From NCBI GenBank assembly GCA_001796935.1, contig MGNX01000108.1, forward strand, positions 1-43,816: a DNA stretch of 43,816 nucleotides, given 5' to 3'. Position numbers and translations under genes: made by a program. Below the pieces are notes generated by a model. The model did no database searches. It saw only the letters and a program-made list of their open reading frames with translations, and was not told the DNA's origin. How positions within the stretch are numbered: the stretch's first letter is position 1; each line of letters starts with the position of its first letter. This DNA is from Chloroflexi bacterium RBG_16_60_22. Lineage in GTDB: Bacteria > Chloroflexota > Dehalococcoidia > Dehalococcoidales > RBG-16-60-22. This document shows, one piece after another, positions 1 through 8,546 of this stretch.

Positions 1-356
1 CTGGCGGTATTTCTTTCACTTCCCCCGGCCAGGACGATGTCAAAGACTCCCGAACCCACCATGAAGAAGGCAACAATGATAGCTATCGAGCTTGAGGCAC
101 AGGCGCCCTCAGTCCTGGTTGCCATGACATGGTCCAATCCGATTTCACTGGCGGCGTGGGCCGCCAGCACGGTTTGTCCTTCATCCAGGTCGCTAACGGA
201 GTTGCCCAGGAAGAGCGCCTGGATGTCTTTGGGTTTCAGGTTGGATTCGTTTATCGCATCCATGGCCGCCTCGCCGAACAGCTCCAGCTGTCCCCTTTCT
301 AGACGTCCGAACCTGGTCATGCCTACTCCGGCGATATATACCTCTCTCAAATTCAT
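1..356 (-). CDS. thiolase-family protein (SCP-x/archaeal-type acyl-CoA acetyltransferase), N-terminal part; the rest lies beyond the window edge
   Basis: Absent from the ORF track because it runs off the edge. Hand translation of the reverse complement from ATG 356-354 gives MNLREVYIAGVGMTRFGRLERGQLELFGEAAMDAINESNLKPKDIQALFLGNSVSDLDEGQTVLAAHAASEIGLDHVMATRTEGACASSSIAI. This is a thiolase N-terminus with the nucleophile-Cys context GACASS. Same strand as the hyuB-like gene and 50 nt downstream of it. Confidence 0.8.
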   Translation of the reverse strand, partial: MNLREVYIAGVGMTRFGRLERGQLELFGEAAMDAINESNLKPKDIQALFLGNSVSDLDEGQTVLAAHAASEIGLDHVMATRTEGACASSSIAIIVAFFMVGSGVFDIVLAGGSERNTA

Positions 357-406
357 CCCCCTTCTTAAAGTTGCCCTGTTCCTCCGAACGGCTCCCGGCG
401 CGGCGG

Positions 407-2362
407 CTAGTGCGGGCGCAATTTCTCGGTGGCCTTGTAGTCGATGACCCGGCGTCCGTCGTCTTCCTTGATAACGACGGCGTACTTGTCCCGGGCCTCC
501 TGGACCGATATCTTACCGGCCCGGACGTCGTCCCGCACGAGGTCGGGGTGGCGTGTCCGGGGGTCTTTCTTCAGTTTTTCCCTTAGCTCCCTGGTCGCCT
601 TGTAATCGATGGCGACGTCCTCCGGGTTGTCGGTCAGGGACTTGGGGTCGATGACCACCCCGTAGACGTTCCTCGCCCTCTCGGCGGTTATCAGCTCGTC
701 ACGGACGTCCAGCCTTATCTTCTCGGGGTCGCGGTCAAGCGGATTGCCCCACCCCCCGGCGCCCATGCACTCCGTATAGAGAATATCACCCGCGTACATG
801 GGGGCCATGGACATGGTGGGGAAGAACTCCTTCTCCTTCTTGCCCGCCCGCTTCAGGTACAAGTCCCCGGTGGGGGCATAAGGCGCGCCCCCCGCCCCGG
901 CCGGCGGGAAGAAGGTGCCGCTGGCATCGCCGGCCATGAGAATGGTCCGGGCCCCTTCCATGGCGGTGCACCACCGGGAAGCGGTGCAGCCCCGGGCGCC
1001 GATAAACTCGCCCGGTCCCTCCATGTCTTTAGCCATGTTGAGCCACTCCCAGTAGAAGGGCATGAGCAGCTCGCACACCTCCACCGAGCCCCGCAGCACC
1101 ACCCCGGTCAGCACGGTGCCGCAGACGCCGTCCCAGCCGTCGTGGCCCTTGACGGCGCCGCTCCCGCCTTCTTCGAGGAAGGGCGCGGCAAAGTACTCGA
1201 TGTCCTGCCCGGACCGGGGGTCTTTGATGGGCACGCGGCCGGTAACGTCAATGGAGTAATGCCGCGAGGAGACGCCCTGGGCCTTTTCCGTGGCCTTGGA
1301 GAGGGCCTGGGTGACGGCATCGGTTATCTCGGTAGCGGTGCTGCACCCGCAGGCGCCGTAGGTGGCGGGGCGGGTGGGATTAACTATCTTGCCCGCCGGC
1401 GCGATGATTTTAATCGGAATCAGCGCGCCGTGGTTGTGGGGCAAATCCGGGTCAGTGGCGTAGAAGATGGGGAAATAGGTAAAACAATAAGTATTGCCCA
1501 GCGGGCTGTTGACGAAATCCACCTGGTCCATCGAGTCGGAGAAGTCGAAGGTCATCTCGTCGCCTTTGACGGTCAGCTTGACCCTGACCCAGGCGGGGCG
1601 GTCCATCACCGTCCCGTCCGAGTCCACGGCGCATTCGCCGGTGTACTCGCCTTCGGGAATCTGGCTGATTTCCGCCCGCATGGCCTGCTCGCCACGGACC
1701 ATCATCTCATCGCAGCAGGCTTTGACCGTATCCAGCCCGTACTTGTCTATCAGGGCGCGGATGTCCTCCTGGGCCCGCTGGATGGAGCCGTAGATAACCA
1801 TGCAGTCGCTCCAGACGGCGGCCGAGGTGCGGATATTGTCGAAGATGATTTCTCTAGCCTTCTCGTCGATTTTCCCCTTTTCGATGAGCTTTATCGGCGG
1901 GATATTGATGCCCTCGGAGATGCAGTCGTAGGCCTGGGGGAAGTAGCTGCCGGAAAAGGCGCCGCCGCTATCGGCCATATGCCCGCGGAAATGGTAGTAG
2001 AATACCAGCTCGTCCCCGTAATAGACCGGCACCAGGAACGTCCAGTCCGGCAGGTGGCCGCTCTGCAAGATATGGCCGTCATTGCCGAGGACCATGTCAC
2101 CCTTTTCCAGCTTGCCGAACTTTTTCAATATGGCCCGGGTGGGGATTTCCGCCACGAGGCAGTGACAGGGCAGGTATTCCACCTGGCAGACGATGTGCCC
2201 GTTCTTATCGAGCAGCACCGGCCCCAGGTCACGGGCGTTGGCCATGACATAGCTCTGGGCGCCGTGCACCACCCGTTCCCCGACCTCGCGGGTGATATTC
2301 ATCAGTTTATTCCAGACTACCGATACGGTAACCTCGTCAACCTGGCATTTCTGCTGGACCAT
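407..2362 (-). CDS. hydantoinase B / oxoprolinase family protein (HyuB-like subunit)
   Basis: 651-aa ORF. The N-terminal block VSVVWNKLMNITREVGERVVHGAQSYVMANARDLGPVLLDKNGHIVCQ and the overall length are typical of the family. SD GGAGG lies 8 nt upstream of ATG 2362. Sits directly downstream of the HyuA-like gene. Confidence 0.85.
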   Translation of the reverse strand: MVQQKCQVDEVTVSVVWNKLMNITREVGERVVHGAQSYVMANARDLGPVLLDKNGHIVCQVEYLPCHCLVAEIPTRAILKKFGKLEKGDMVLGNDGHILQSGHLPDWTFLVPVYYGDELVFYYHFRGHMADSGGAFSGSYFPQAYDCISEGINIPPIKLIEKGKIDEKAREIIFDNIRTSAAVWSDCMVIYGSIQRAQEDIRALIDKYGLDTVKACCDEMMVRGEQAMRAEISQIPEGEYTGECAVDSDGTVMDRPAWVRVKLTVKGDEMTFDFSDSMDQVDFVNSPLGNTYCFTYFPIFYATDPDLPHNHGALIPIKIIAPAGKIVNPTRPATYGACGCSTATEITDAVTQALSKATEKAQGVSSRHYSIDVTGRVPIKDPRSGQDIEYFAAPFLEEGGSGAVKGHDGWDGVCGTVLTGVVLRGSVEVCELLMPFYWEWLNMAKDMEGPGEFIGARGCTASRWCTAMEGARTILMAGDASGTFFPPAGAGGAPYAPTGDLYLKRAGKKEKEFFPTMSMAPMYAGDILYTECMGAGGWGNPLDRDPEKIRLDVRDELITAERARNVYGVVIDPKSLTDNPEDVAIDYKATRELREKLKKDPRTRHPDLVRDDVRAGKISVQEARDKYAVVIKEDDGRRVIDYKATEKLRPH

Positions 2363-2405
2363 TGCCTTTACCTCCGATACTGATTAATTATTATCCCGGC
2401 GTGCT

Positions 2406-4466
2406 TCAGGTCAGCGTGACATAATTGCCATACTCATCGACCTGCATCCGGTATCCCGGCGGGATGACCACGTTGGTCATCCTCTCTTCGACCACGCACG
2501 GCCCTTCCAGGATATTGCCCGCCAGCATTTTGTCTCCGTCATAAATCCTGGTCTCCGTGTAGCCGCCGCTTTCATCGAAATAGGCGTCCCGGACACCCTT
2601 GAGCGCCTGCCCGGCGTCCCGGCTGCCCGTTTTAATCTTCTTCAGAGTGATGGGAGGCAGCTTGCCGATGGCCGTCAGGCCGAAGCCCATAATCTCCAGG
2701 GGGTATTTTTCATCGGCGTAGCCGTACAGGTCCTTGTGCTTGCGGTGGAAGGCCGCCAGCCCCTCGCTGATGGTTTCCATGGTAATCGTCCGGCTGGGCC
2801 ACTCCACGTCAATGCCGCGGTACTGGCCGTAATACTTCACCGTCATCATGCCCACCAGCTCGCGCTGCTCCTCCGGTATCTCCTCTTTGGACAGGACGGT
2901 CAGGCCCTCCCGCGCCATATCCTGGTAAAGCTGCTTGACCCGTTCCAGGTCCAGAGCCTGGACCGGCGCGCTGTAAAAGCGCGAGTAGTCATGCTTCAGG
3001 TTGACGCCGAGCATGCCGAAGGCGCAGTAAATGGGGGCGTACTTGGGGATAAACACCCGGTCGATGCATAGCTCCCGGGCTATCTGTACGGCGTGTACCG
3101 CCCCGGCGGCGCCGCCGATGCAGAGATAGAAGTCCCGGGGGTCCAGGCCCCGGCGGGTGATGGTATAGGATACCGTATTGGCCATGACCGAGTTGATAAC
3201 CTTGTAAACGGCGGCCGCCGCCTCCAGAACGCTGACGCCCAGGCGGTCGGCGACCCTTTCTTTCAGGGCTTTTTCGGCCAGGTTCCTTTGAAGCTTCATC
3301 TCGCCGCCGAGGAAGTAGTCCGGCGAGATGTAACCCAGGATGACATCGGCATCGGTTACCGTGGCCTCCTCGCCGCCGGTACCGTAACACGCCGGGCCGG
3401 GGTCGGCACCGGCGCTCCTGGGCCCCACCCGGAGGGTATTGGTAACATCGAACCAGGCGACGCTGCCCCCGCCGGCCCCGATGCTGGTGACGTCAATGAC
3501 CGGCAGGGAGAACCGGTGTTCTTCAATCAGGCTCTCGGTCTTAATGAGCGAGGTCCCTTTATCGATAATGCCCAGGTCGAGGCTGGTGCCGCCCATATCT
3601 ATCGATAGCAGGTTCTCCACCCCGTGCAGCTTCCCGATGGTGATGGCCGCGGAAGGCCCGGCGGCCGGTCCGGACATGGCCAGGGTGGCCGGTTTCTCCA
3701 TGGCGATTTCGGCCGTTTCCACGCCGCCGTTATTCTGGATATAGAGGAACTGCCCCTTGAAACCTTCCTGTTCCAGCAGGCCGGTTATTTTCTTGGTGTA
3801 CTTGTGGATGGCCGGGGCGATGAAAGCGTTGATGATAGCGGTGCTGGTCCTTTCGTATTCGCCCACGGCGGGCAGGACATCGGACGATATGGTGACATCG
3901 GCCTCGGGATATTCCTGCCGGACTATCTCGGCAGCCCTTCGCTCGTGCGAGGGGTACAGGAAGGAAAAGAGCAGCGCCACGATGATGCTTTCCACCTTGA
4001 GCTTTTTAAGATAAGCGACGGCCTTGCGGACGCTTGCCTCGTCCAGCGGCACCCGGACATTGCCCCGCGCGTCTATCCTCTCCCCGATTTCCACCCGCAG
4101 GTAGCGCGGCACCAGGACCTCGGGAAAATCGACCCGCCAGTCGTACATATTGTCTTTGGCCACGCGCCGGAACTGGATAACGTCACGGTGGCCCCTGGTG
4201 CAGAGCAGGCCCATCTTGGGGCCAACCCGGGTGGCGATGATATTCGTCCCGGTGGTGGTCCCGTGCACGATGGTGGAGACCTTGCTTAAAAATTGCCGGC
4301 GGTCCAGGTTATTCCGCCCGGCAAGAATATCAATCACGTTCATGGTGCCCACCGTCAGGTCACGCGGGGTGGTGGGTGCCTTACCCGTCTGGGTGAAACC
4401 TTTGTCATCCACGGCGATGGCATCGGTGAACGTCCCGCCGACATCAATACCTACTCGAAACGCCAT
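2406..4466 (-). CDS. hydantoinase A / oxoprolinase family protein (HyuA-like, ATP-binding subunit)
   Basis: 686-aa ORF. N-terminal MAFRVGIDVGGTFTDAI (ASKHA-type phosphate-1 motif of hydantoinase A) plus a second DMGGTS block. G-rich SD upstream of ATG 4466. Confidence 0.85.
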   Translation of the reverse strand: MAFRVGIDVGGTFTDAIAVDDKGFTQTGKAPTTPRDLTVGTMNVIDILAGRNNLDRRQFLSKVSTIVHGTTTGTNIIATRVGPKMGLLCTRGHRDVIQFRRVAKDNMYDWRVDFPEVLVPRYLRVEIGERIDARGNVRVPLDEASVRKAVAYLKKLKVESIIVALLFSFLYPSHERRAAEIVRQEYPEADVTISSDVLPAVGEYERTSTAIINAFIAPAIHKYTKKITGLLEQEGFKGQFLYIQNNGGVETAEIAMEKPATLAMSGPAAGPSAAITIGKLHGVENLLSIDMGGTSLDLGIIDKGTSLIKTESLIEEHRFSLPVIDVTSIGAGGGSVAWFDVTNTLRVGPRSAGADPGPACYGTGGEEATVTDADVILGYISPDYFLGGEMKLQRNLAEKALKERVADRLGVSVLEAAAAVYKVINSVMANTVSYTITRRGLDPRDFYLCIGGAAGAVHAVQIARELCIDRVFIPKYAPIYCAFGMLGVNLKHDYSRFYSAPVQALDLERVKQLYQDMAREGLTVLSKEEIPEEQRELVGMMTVKYYGQYRGIDVEWPSRTITMETISEGLAAFHRKHKDLYGYADEKYPLEIMGFGLTAIGKLPPITLKKIKTGSRDAGQALKGVRDAYFDESGGYTETRIYDGDKMLAGNILEGPCVVEERMTNVVIPPGYRMQVDEYGNYVTLT

Positions 4467-4710
4467 ATAATTCCCCCCCTTCGTACTTAGTGTCTTTAAG
4501 CGTGCAGTTTACCGCCGATACGCTGTATTAACGACTTCTTACACAGTTTTGGACATAAGACAGGGTGTAAATTTAACAACAGTCAGGCTGGTGAGGTAAC
4601 CGGCGCCGGGGTACAGATACAGGGGAGTCAGCATTCAATACACTCAATCTTTAAAGACCCCGGATGCTTGACCGGGTGGCGTCTTCCGCTCCCGGCGGGC
4701 TGGCCAACCC

Positions 4711-4740
4711 ATTATATTTTATCTACCCCTCAATGCGCAA
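4711..4740 (-). promoter_or_regulatory. candidate sigma70-type promoter for the hyuA-hyuB-thiolase genes
   Basis: Minus strand reads TTGCGC (4740-4735), an 18-nt spacer, then TATAAT (4716-4711). This would give a leader of about 240 nt. Confidence 0.35.
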
Positions 4741-4793
4741 ACTGGGCACGGGTGCAACAATCTCCCCGCTCGTTACCACCCTCTCCCCCGCTT

Positions 4794-5192
4794 TCAGATG
4801 CCGAAGATACCTTCAACCTCTATCAGCTGGCCTTCATTAGCCAGGCAAGCCACCCCGATAAGCGATTCACATGGGGTGGGAAAGGACGTCAGATATTCCT
4901 CGCAGGCATCGGACCCGACGTAGTCTTTCATGGCGTCGGCGGTAATAAAGGTCGTCAACTTGATGACGTCGTCGAAGGTCGCCCCGGCCGCCTCGACCGT
5001 AACCTTCAAGTTGTGCAGGACCTGCCGCACCTGTCCCGCGATATCACCCTGGCAGACGATATGGCCGTCCACGTCGTTAGGGACGACGCCGGAGATGAAA
5101 ATCAGGCTGCCGAACTTTTTCACGATGCAGCCGGGAGAGTAAGGCGCGTAGGCCCTGGCCAGCGTGGGGGTCTGGATAATTTCCTTCTCCAT
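4794..5192 (-). CDS. RidA/YjgF/L-PSP family protein
   Basis: 132-aa ORF. Family-typical size and blocks (YSPGCIVKKFGSLIFISGVVP, QVRQVLHNLKVTVEAAGATFDDVIKLTTFI, C-terminal IEVEGI). Its start is 4 nt after the upstream dehydrogenase stop. Confidence 0.8.
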   Translation of the reverse strand: MEKEIIQTPTLARAYAPYSPGCIVKKFGSLIFISGVVPNDVDGHIVCQGDIAGQVRQVLHNLKVTVEAAGATFDDVIKLTTFITADAMKDYVGSDACEEYLTSFPTPCESLIGVACLANEGQLIEVEGIFGI

Positions 5193-5195
5193 CTA

Positions 5196-6149
5196 TCACT
5201 TCTCCCTTTCCCTGAATAAAATCAGCTGCTTCAGCAGGTTCCTCTCTATTTCCTCGGTAATCTGCTCCTGAGACTTTCCCCGGTAATCGTAGTAACCCCG
5301 GCCGGATTTCAGCCCCAGCTCGCCTTTTTTCACCTTATCCGCGATGACCGGAGACGGTTCGGTAGCGTTGCAGAGCGATTTGTAGATATGCGTGTTGCCC
5401 CTGAGGACGGTATCCAGTCCGTTGATGTCCGCCTGGGCCAGCGGGCCGAGACTGGCCAGCCTGAATCCATAGCTGGACCGGGCGGCCATGTCAAAGTCAT
5501 CGGGGGTGACTACCCCCTGTTCCATGAGGTAGTTGGCTTCCCGGGCGATGGCCGCCTGGATGCGGTTGACGATAAAGCCCGGGATTTCTTTCCCGACCAG
5601 GACCGGCTTCTTGCCGATGCGGAGCATGAGCTTCCGGGTCGTCTCGACGACGGCGTTCCCGGTATCCTTGCCGCGGTGGACCTCAACCAGGGGAACGATG
5701 TGGGCGGGCATGAAAAAATGCGTCCCGACGACCCTGCCCGGGGTGCGCATTCCCCGGGATATCTCGGAGACGGTAAAGCTGCTGGTATTGCTGCTGAGAA
5801 TGGTACCGCCGTCGCAATCGTCCAGCCGGGAAAACAATTCCCTCTTGAGTGCCAGTATTTCCGGGATGCATTCCACGATAAAGGTGCAGCCGCGTACGGC
5901 CCTGTCCGGGTCGCTGGAAAGGAAGGTCTTGATGCGGGACCGTACCCGCGCCGGGGTATCTTCGAGGAGCCCGAACTCGGCCAGCAGCTTGAGGTGGGCT
6001 CCCATACGGGTCAAGGAGTTGTTTAGGATGTGCCGGTCCTGGTCGGCCAATCGAACGGATAAGCCGGCCGCGGCAAAGCTCAGGGCGATACCTTCGCCCA
6101 TTATCCCGGCCCCGATTACCGCAACTTCACGGATATCTTCAGCCTTCAC
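5196..6149 (-). CDS. 3-hydroxyacyl-CoA dehydrogenase (3-hydroxybutyryl-CoA dehydrogenase-like)
   Basis: 317-aa ORF. Rossmann motif VAVIGAGIMGEGIA at the N-terminus and a length/C-terminal domain typical of Hbd/FadB-type enzymes. GTG start at 6149 with no SD. A consensus promoter lies immediately upstream. Confidence 0.85.
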   Translation of the reverse strand: MKAEDIREVAVIGAGIMGEGIALSFAAAGLSVRLADQDRHILNNSLTRMGAHLKLLAEFGLLEDTPARVRSRIKTFLSSDPDRAVRGCTFIVECIPEILALKRELFSRLDDCDGGTILSSNTSSFTVSEISRGMRTPGRVVGTHFFMPAHIVPLVEVHRGKDTGNAVVETTRKLMLRIGKKPVLVGKEIPGFIVNRIQAAIAREANYLMEQGVVTPDDFDMAARSSYGFRLASLGPLAQADINGLDTVLRGNTHIYKSLCNATEPSPVIADKVKKGELGLKSGRGYYDYRGKSQEQITEEIERNLLKQLILFREREK

Positions 6150-6164
6150 TATTACGCCGCGGAA

Positions 6165-6193
6165 AGTATAGCATTGACGTTATGGCTTGTCAA
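6165..6193 (-). promoter_or_regulatory. near-consensus sigma70-type promoter for the dehydrogenase/RidA genes
   Basis: Minus strand reads TTGACA (6193-6188), a 17-nt spacer, then TATACT (6170-6165). The -10 ends only 15 nt before the GTG start. Confidence 0.55.
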
Positions 6194-6240
6194 TTGCGGC
6201 TGGTAGCCGTGTCCCCGGAAATTAGTAAACGGGTAGATAT

Positions 6241-6268
6241 TTGCTTTTTTTATCGTATCGTGTATACT
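6241..6268 (+). promoter_or_regulatory. candidate sigma70-type promoter for the Mo-oxidoreductase pair
   Basis: TTGCTT (6241-6246), a 16-nt spacer, then TATACT (6263-6268). About 120 nt upstream of ATG 6387. Confidence 0.45.
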
Positions 6269-6386
6269 AATAAATCGGACTGTAAGTACCCCATGAGACC
6301 AACCGGAAACGGCGAGCGGGTATTTTTCAGAGAGACTGGAATCTCTGGCTCTAACGCGGCAGGTTAATATTGATAAGGAGGCTAAT

Positions 6387-8546
6387 ATGAAAGGGGCCAC
6401 TAAGAACTCGGAAGAGAAAATAGTCAAGACCATCTGCTTTTCTTGTCGGGGTGGGTGCGGCGTATTCCTGCATGTCAAAAATAACGAGATAATAAGGGTC
6501 GAAGGCGATCCGGAGCACCCCGGAAGTAAAGGCACCCTCTGTCCCAAGGGCCTGGCGGTTAAACAGCTGGTTCATCATCCTGACCGGCTCAAGTATCCTT
6601 TAAGGAGGGTCGGGAAGCGTGGAGAAGGAAAGTGGGAGCGAATATCCTGGGACCAGGCTTTTGACGAGATAGCTGCAAGACTGCAAGATATCAAGGAAAA
6701 ATACGGAGCTGAAGCGATTGTTCAGGGCATCGGGACAGGGCGGAATCATAACGACTGGAGCGCCAGATTTTGCAACCATCTCGGGACTCCTAACGCCAAT
6801 GACCCGATGCATTTTTGTATCGGTCCTCGTTGTGTCTCCGGGTACTTTACCTTTGGCATTGCGGCACCTCTCGACCCTCACTATGGCGCCACCAACTGCC
6901 TGGTAGCCTGGGGAAGAAACGAAATACATTCACACCCCAGCAACGGACGGTACATCTTCGACGCCTTTGAACGGGGCAGCAAGCTCATCGTCGTTGACCC
7001 AAGACTTACCAAGCTGGCTTCAAGGGCCGACATCTGGCTCCAGATCAGACCCGGAGGCGACTCCGCCCTGGCCCTGAGCATGATTCATACGATAATCGGC
7101 GAGGAACTTTACGATAAAGAGTTCGTGGCTAAGTGGTGTTACGGATTCGACGAGCTCAAGGAACACGTTGAAAAATATACGCCGGAATGGGCAGAGCCAA
7201 TCACATGGCTCCCGGCCGAAAAGATTCGGGAGACTGCCAGGCTCTACGCCACCACCAAGCCGGCCTGCATTGCCCCGGGAGTGGCCGTGGAACAGCAAAT
7301 GAACTCCTGGCAAACGCAACGCGCGCTGTATATGATGGCGGCCCTTACGGGTAACATCGACGTCCCGGGGGGAAACATACTATGGGTCCCCCCTCTCGGC
7401 GGCTTCTTCCTCAACTGCGATAATGACGCCCTGCCGCCCGAACAGCGCGCCAAAGCTATCGAGGGAGGATGCAAGCTTAACGGTGGCCACGAGTGGGGTC
7501 CTCCAAACTTCGTCCTGGAGGGACCGCCCCTGTGGCAGGCGATACTGACGGGTAAACCGTATCCCGTCAAGGCAATTTTCTGGATGGCTCACAATCCTAT
7601 GGTCGGTCTGCCCAATACCAAAGCGGTGAAAGAAGCTTTAGAGAAGGTTGAGTTCCTCGTCGTCGGGGACTTCTTCATGACGCCGACTACTGAAATGGCG
7701 GACATCGTCCTTCCCAATGCCACCTGGCCGGAAAGAAGCGAGGTCGGCTGGTTCACCACACCCCTGGAACATCCTCAGTTCTGGGACAAGGATGAATTCC
7801 CGGTTTTCGCCTGGGTGAAGGCCGTGCAGGTCGGTGAATCAAAACAGGAGCTTGAGATATACAATGAACTGGCGAAAAGGATGAAGATAGGCGGATTCTG
7901 GGACACCATGGAAGAAGCATTCGATTTCTTATTAAAGCCTGTAGGTGTAACCTGGGAAGAATTCAAAAAGGTCGGAATATTAAGGAAGCCCATGATCTGG
8001 AGAAAGTTTGAACATGGTCTTTTCCACACCCCTTCAGGTAAATTTGAATTTTACTCTGAGAGGCTTAGAGAACTTGGTTACCCGCCCATGCCCGAGTACG
8101 TGGAGGGCCCGGAAAGCCCGATAAGCGCCAGTACCATTGCCAGAGAATACCCTCTGGTTCTCATCACCGGCTCGAGAATTCCGGTATATTATCACACGGA
8201 CCAGAGAAATATCCCGTGGCTGCGTGAAATCTACCCGGTACCCTTGATAGAAATCCATCCGGATACGGCGGCGGAATACGGGATAAAAGAAGGCGACTGG
8301 GTATTCATCGAAACCAGGCGCGGAAGAGTGAAGCAAAAGGCCAAGATTACGTTAAGCATTAATCCGAGAGTCGTTCACGCCGTGCGCTGGTGGTATCCTG
8401 AAAAGCCCGGGCCGGACCATGGAATATGGGAATCGAGCATCAACGTCGTGACACTTGACTCTCCCTACGACCCTGGGATAGGCTCTCCCACGATGCGAGG
8501 GTTGCTCTGTAAGATATACAAAGCCACGGAGGAAGAAAAATGGTAA
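6387..8546 (+). CDS. molybdopterin (bis-PGD) oxidoreductase catalytic subunit, cytoplasmic, unknown substrate
   Basis: 719-aa ORF. N-terminal 4Fe-4S motif C17-x2-C20-x3-C24...C52 (CFSCRGGCG...LCPKG) and no twin-arginine signal. Candidate metal-ligand Cys144 lies in DPMHFCIGPRC. SD AAGGAGG lies 6 nt upstream. Confidence 0.85.
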   Translation: MKGATKNSEEKIVKTICFSCRGGCGVFLHVKNNEIIRVEGDPEHPGSKGTLCPKGLAVKQLVHHPDRLKYPLRRVGKRGEGKWERISWDQAFDEIAARLQDIKEKYGAEAIVQGIGTGRNHNDWSARFCNHLGTPNANDPMHFCIGPRCVSGYFTFGIAAPLDPHYGATNCLVAWGRNEIHSHPSNGRYIFDAFERGSKLIVVDPRLTKLASRADIWLQIRPGGDSALALSMIHTIIGEELYDKEFVAKWCYGFDELKEHVEKYTPEWAEPITWLPAEKIRETARLYATTKPACIAPGVAVEQQMNSWQTQRALYMMAALTGNIDVPGGNILWVPPLGGFFLNCDNDALPPEQRAKAIEGGCKLNGGHEWGPPNFVLEGPPLWQAILTGKPYPVKAIFWMAHNPMVGLPNTKAVKEALEKVEFLVVGDFFMTPTTEMADIVLPNATWPERSEVGWFTTPLEHPQFWDKDEFPVFAWVKAVQVGESKQELEIYNELAKRMKIGGFWDTMEEAFDFLLKPVGVTWEEFKKVGILRKPMIWRKFEHGLFHTPSGKFEFYSERLRELGYPPMPEYVEGPESPISASTIAREYPLVLITGSRIPVYYHTDQRNIPWLREIYPVPLIEIHPDTAAEYGIKEGDWVFIETRRGRVKQKAKITLSINPRVVHAVRWWYPEKPGPDHGIWESSINVVTLDSPYDPGIGSPTMRGLLCKIYKATEEEKW

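Noticed and set aside
37-586. Plus-strand ORFs 37-447 and 371-586 at the left edge.
   Set aside because: They overlap the hand-translated thiolase N-terminus and the HyuB C-terminus on the opposite strand, and they have no motifs.
407-4466. Calling the HyuA/HyuB pair acetone carboxylase or acetophenone carboxylase.
   Set aside because: Those enzymes need additional small subunits (gamma, or further subunits). No such ORF lies adjacent, so only the family-level call is supported.
6152-6578. Minus-strand ORFs (131 aa and 75 aa) across the divergent promoter region and the start of the Mo-enzyme gene.
   Set aside because: They overlap two predicted promoters and the well-supported start of the 719-aa gene. 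They have no SD and no motifs.
6387-8546. Calling the 719-aa molybdoenzyme a formate dehydrogenase or an acetylene hydratase, since size and FeS motif are similar.
   Set aside because: There is no in-frame TGA (SeCys). The candidate ligand Cys144 is followed by Ile rather than the catalytic His of formate dehydrogenases. The residue after the second FeS Cys is Arg rather than the Asp of acetylene hydratase. Substrate is left unassigned.
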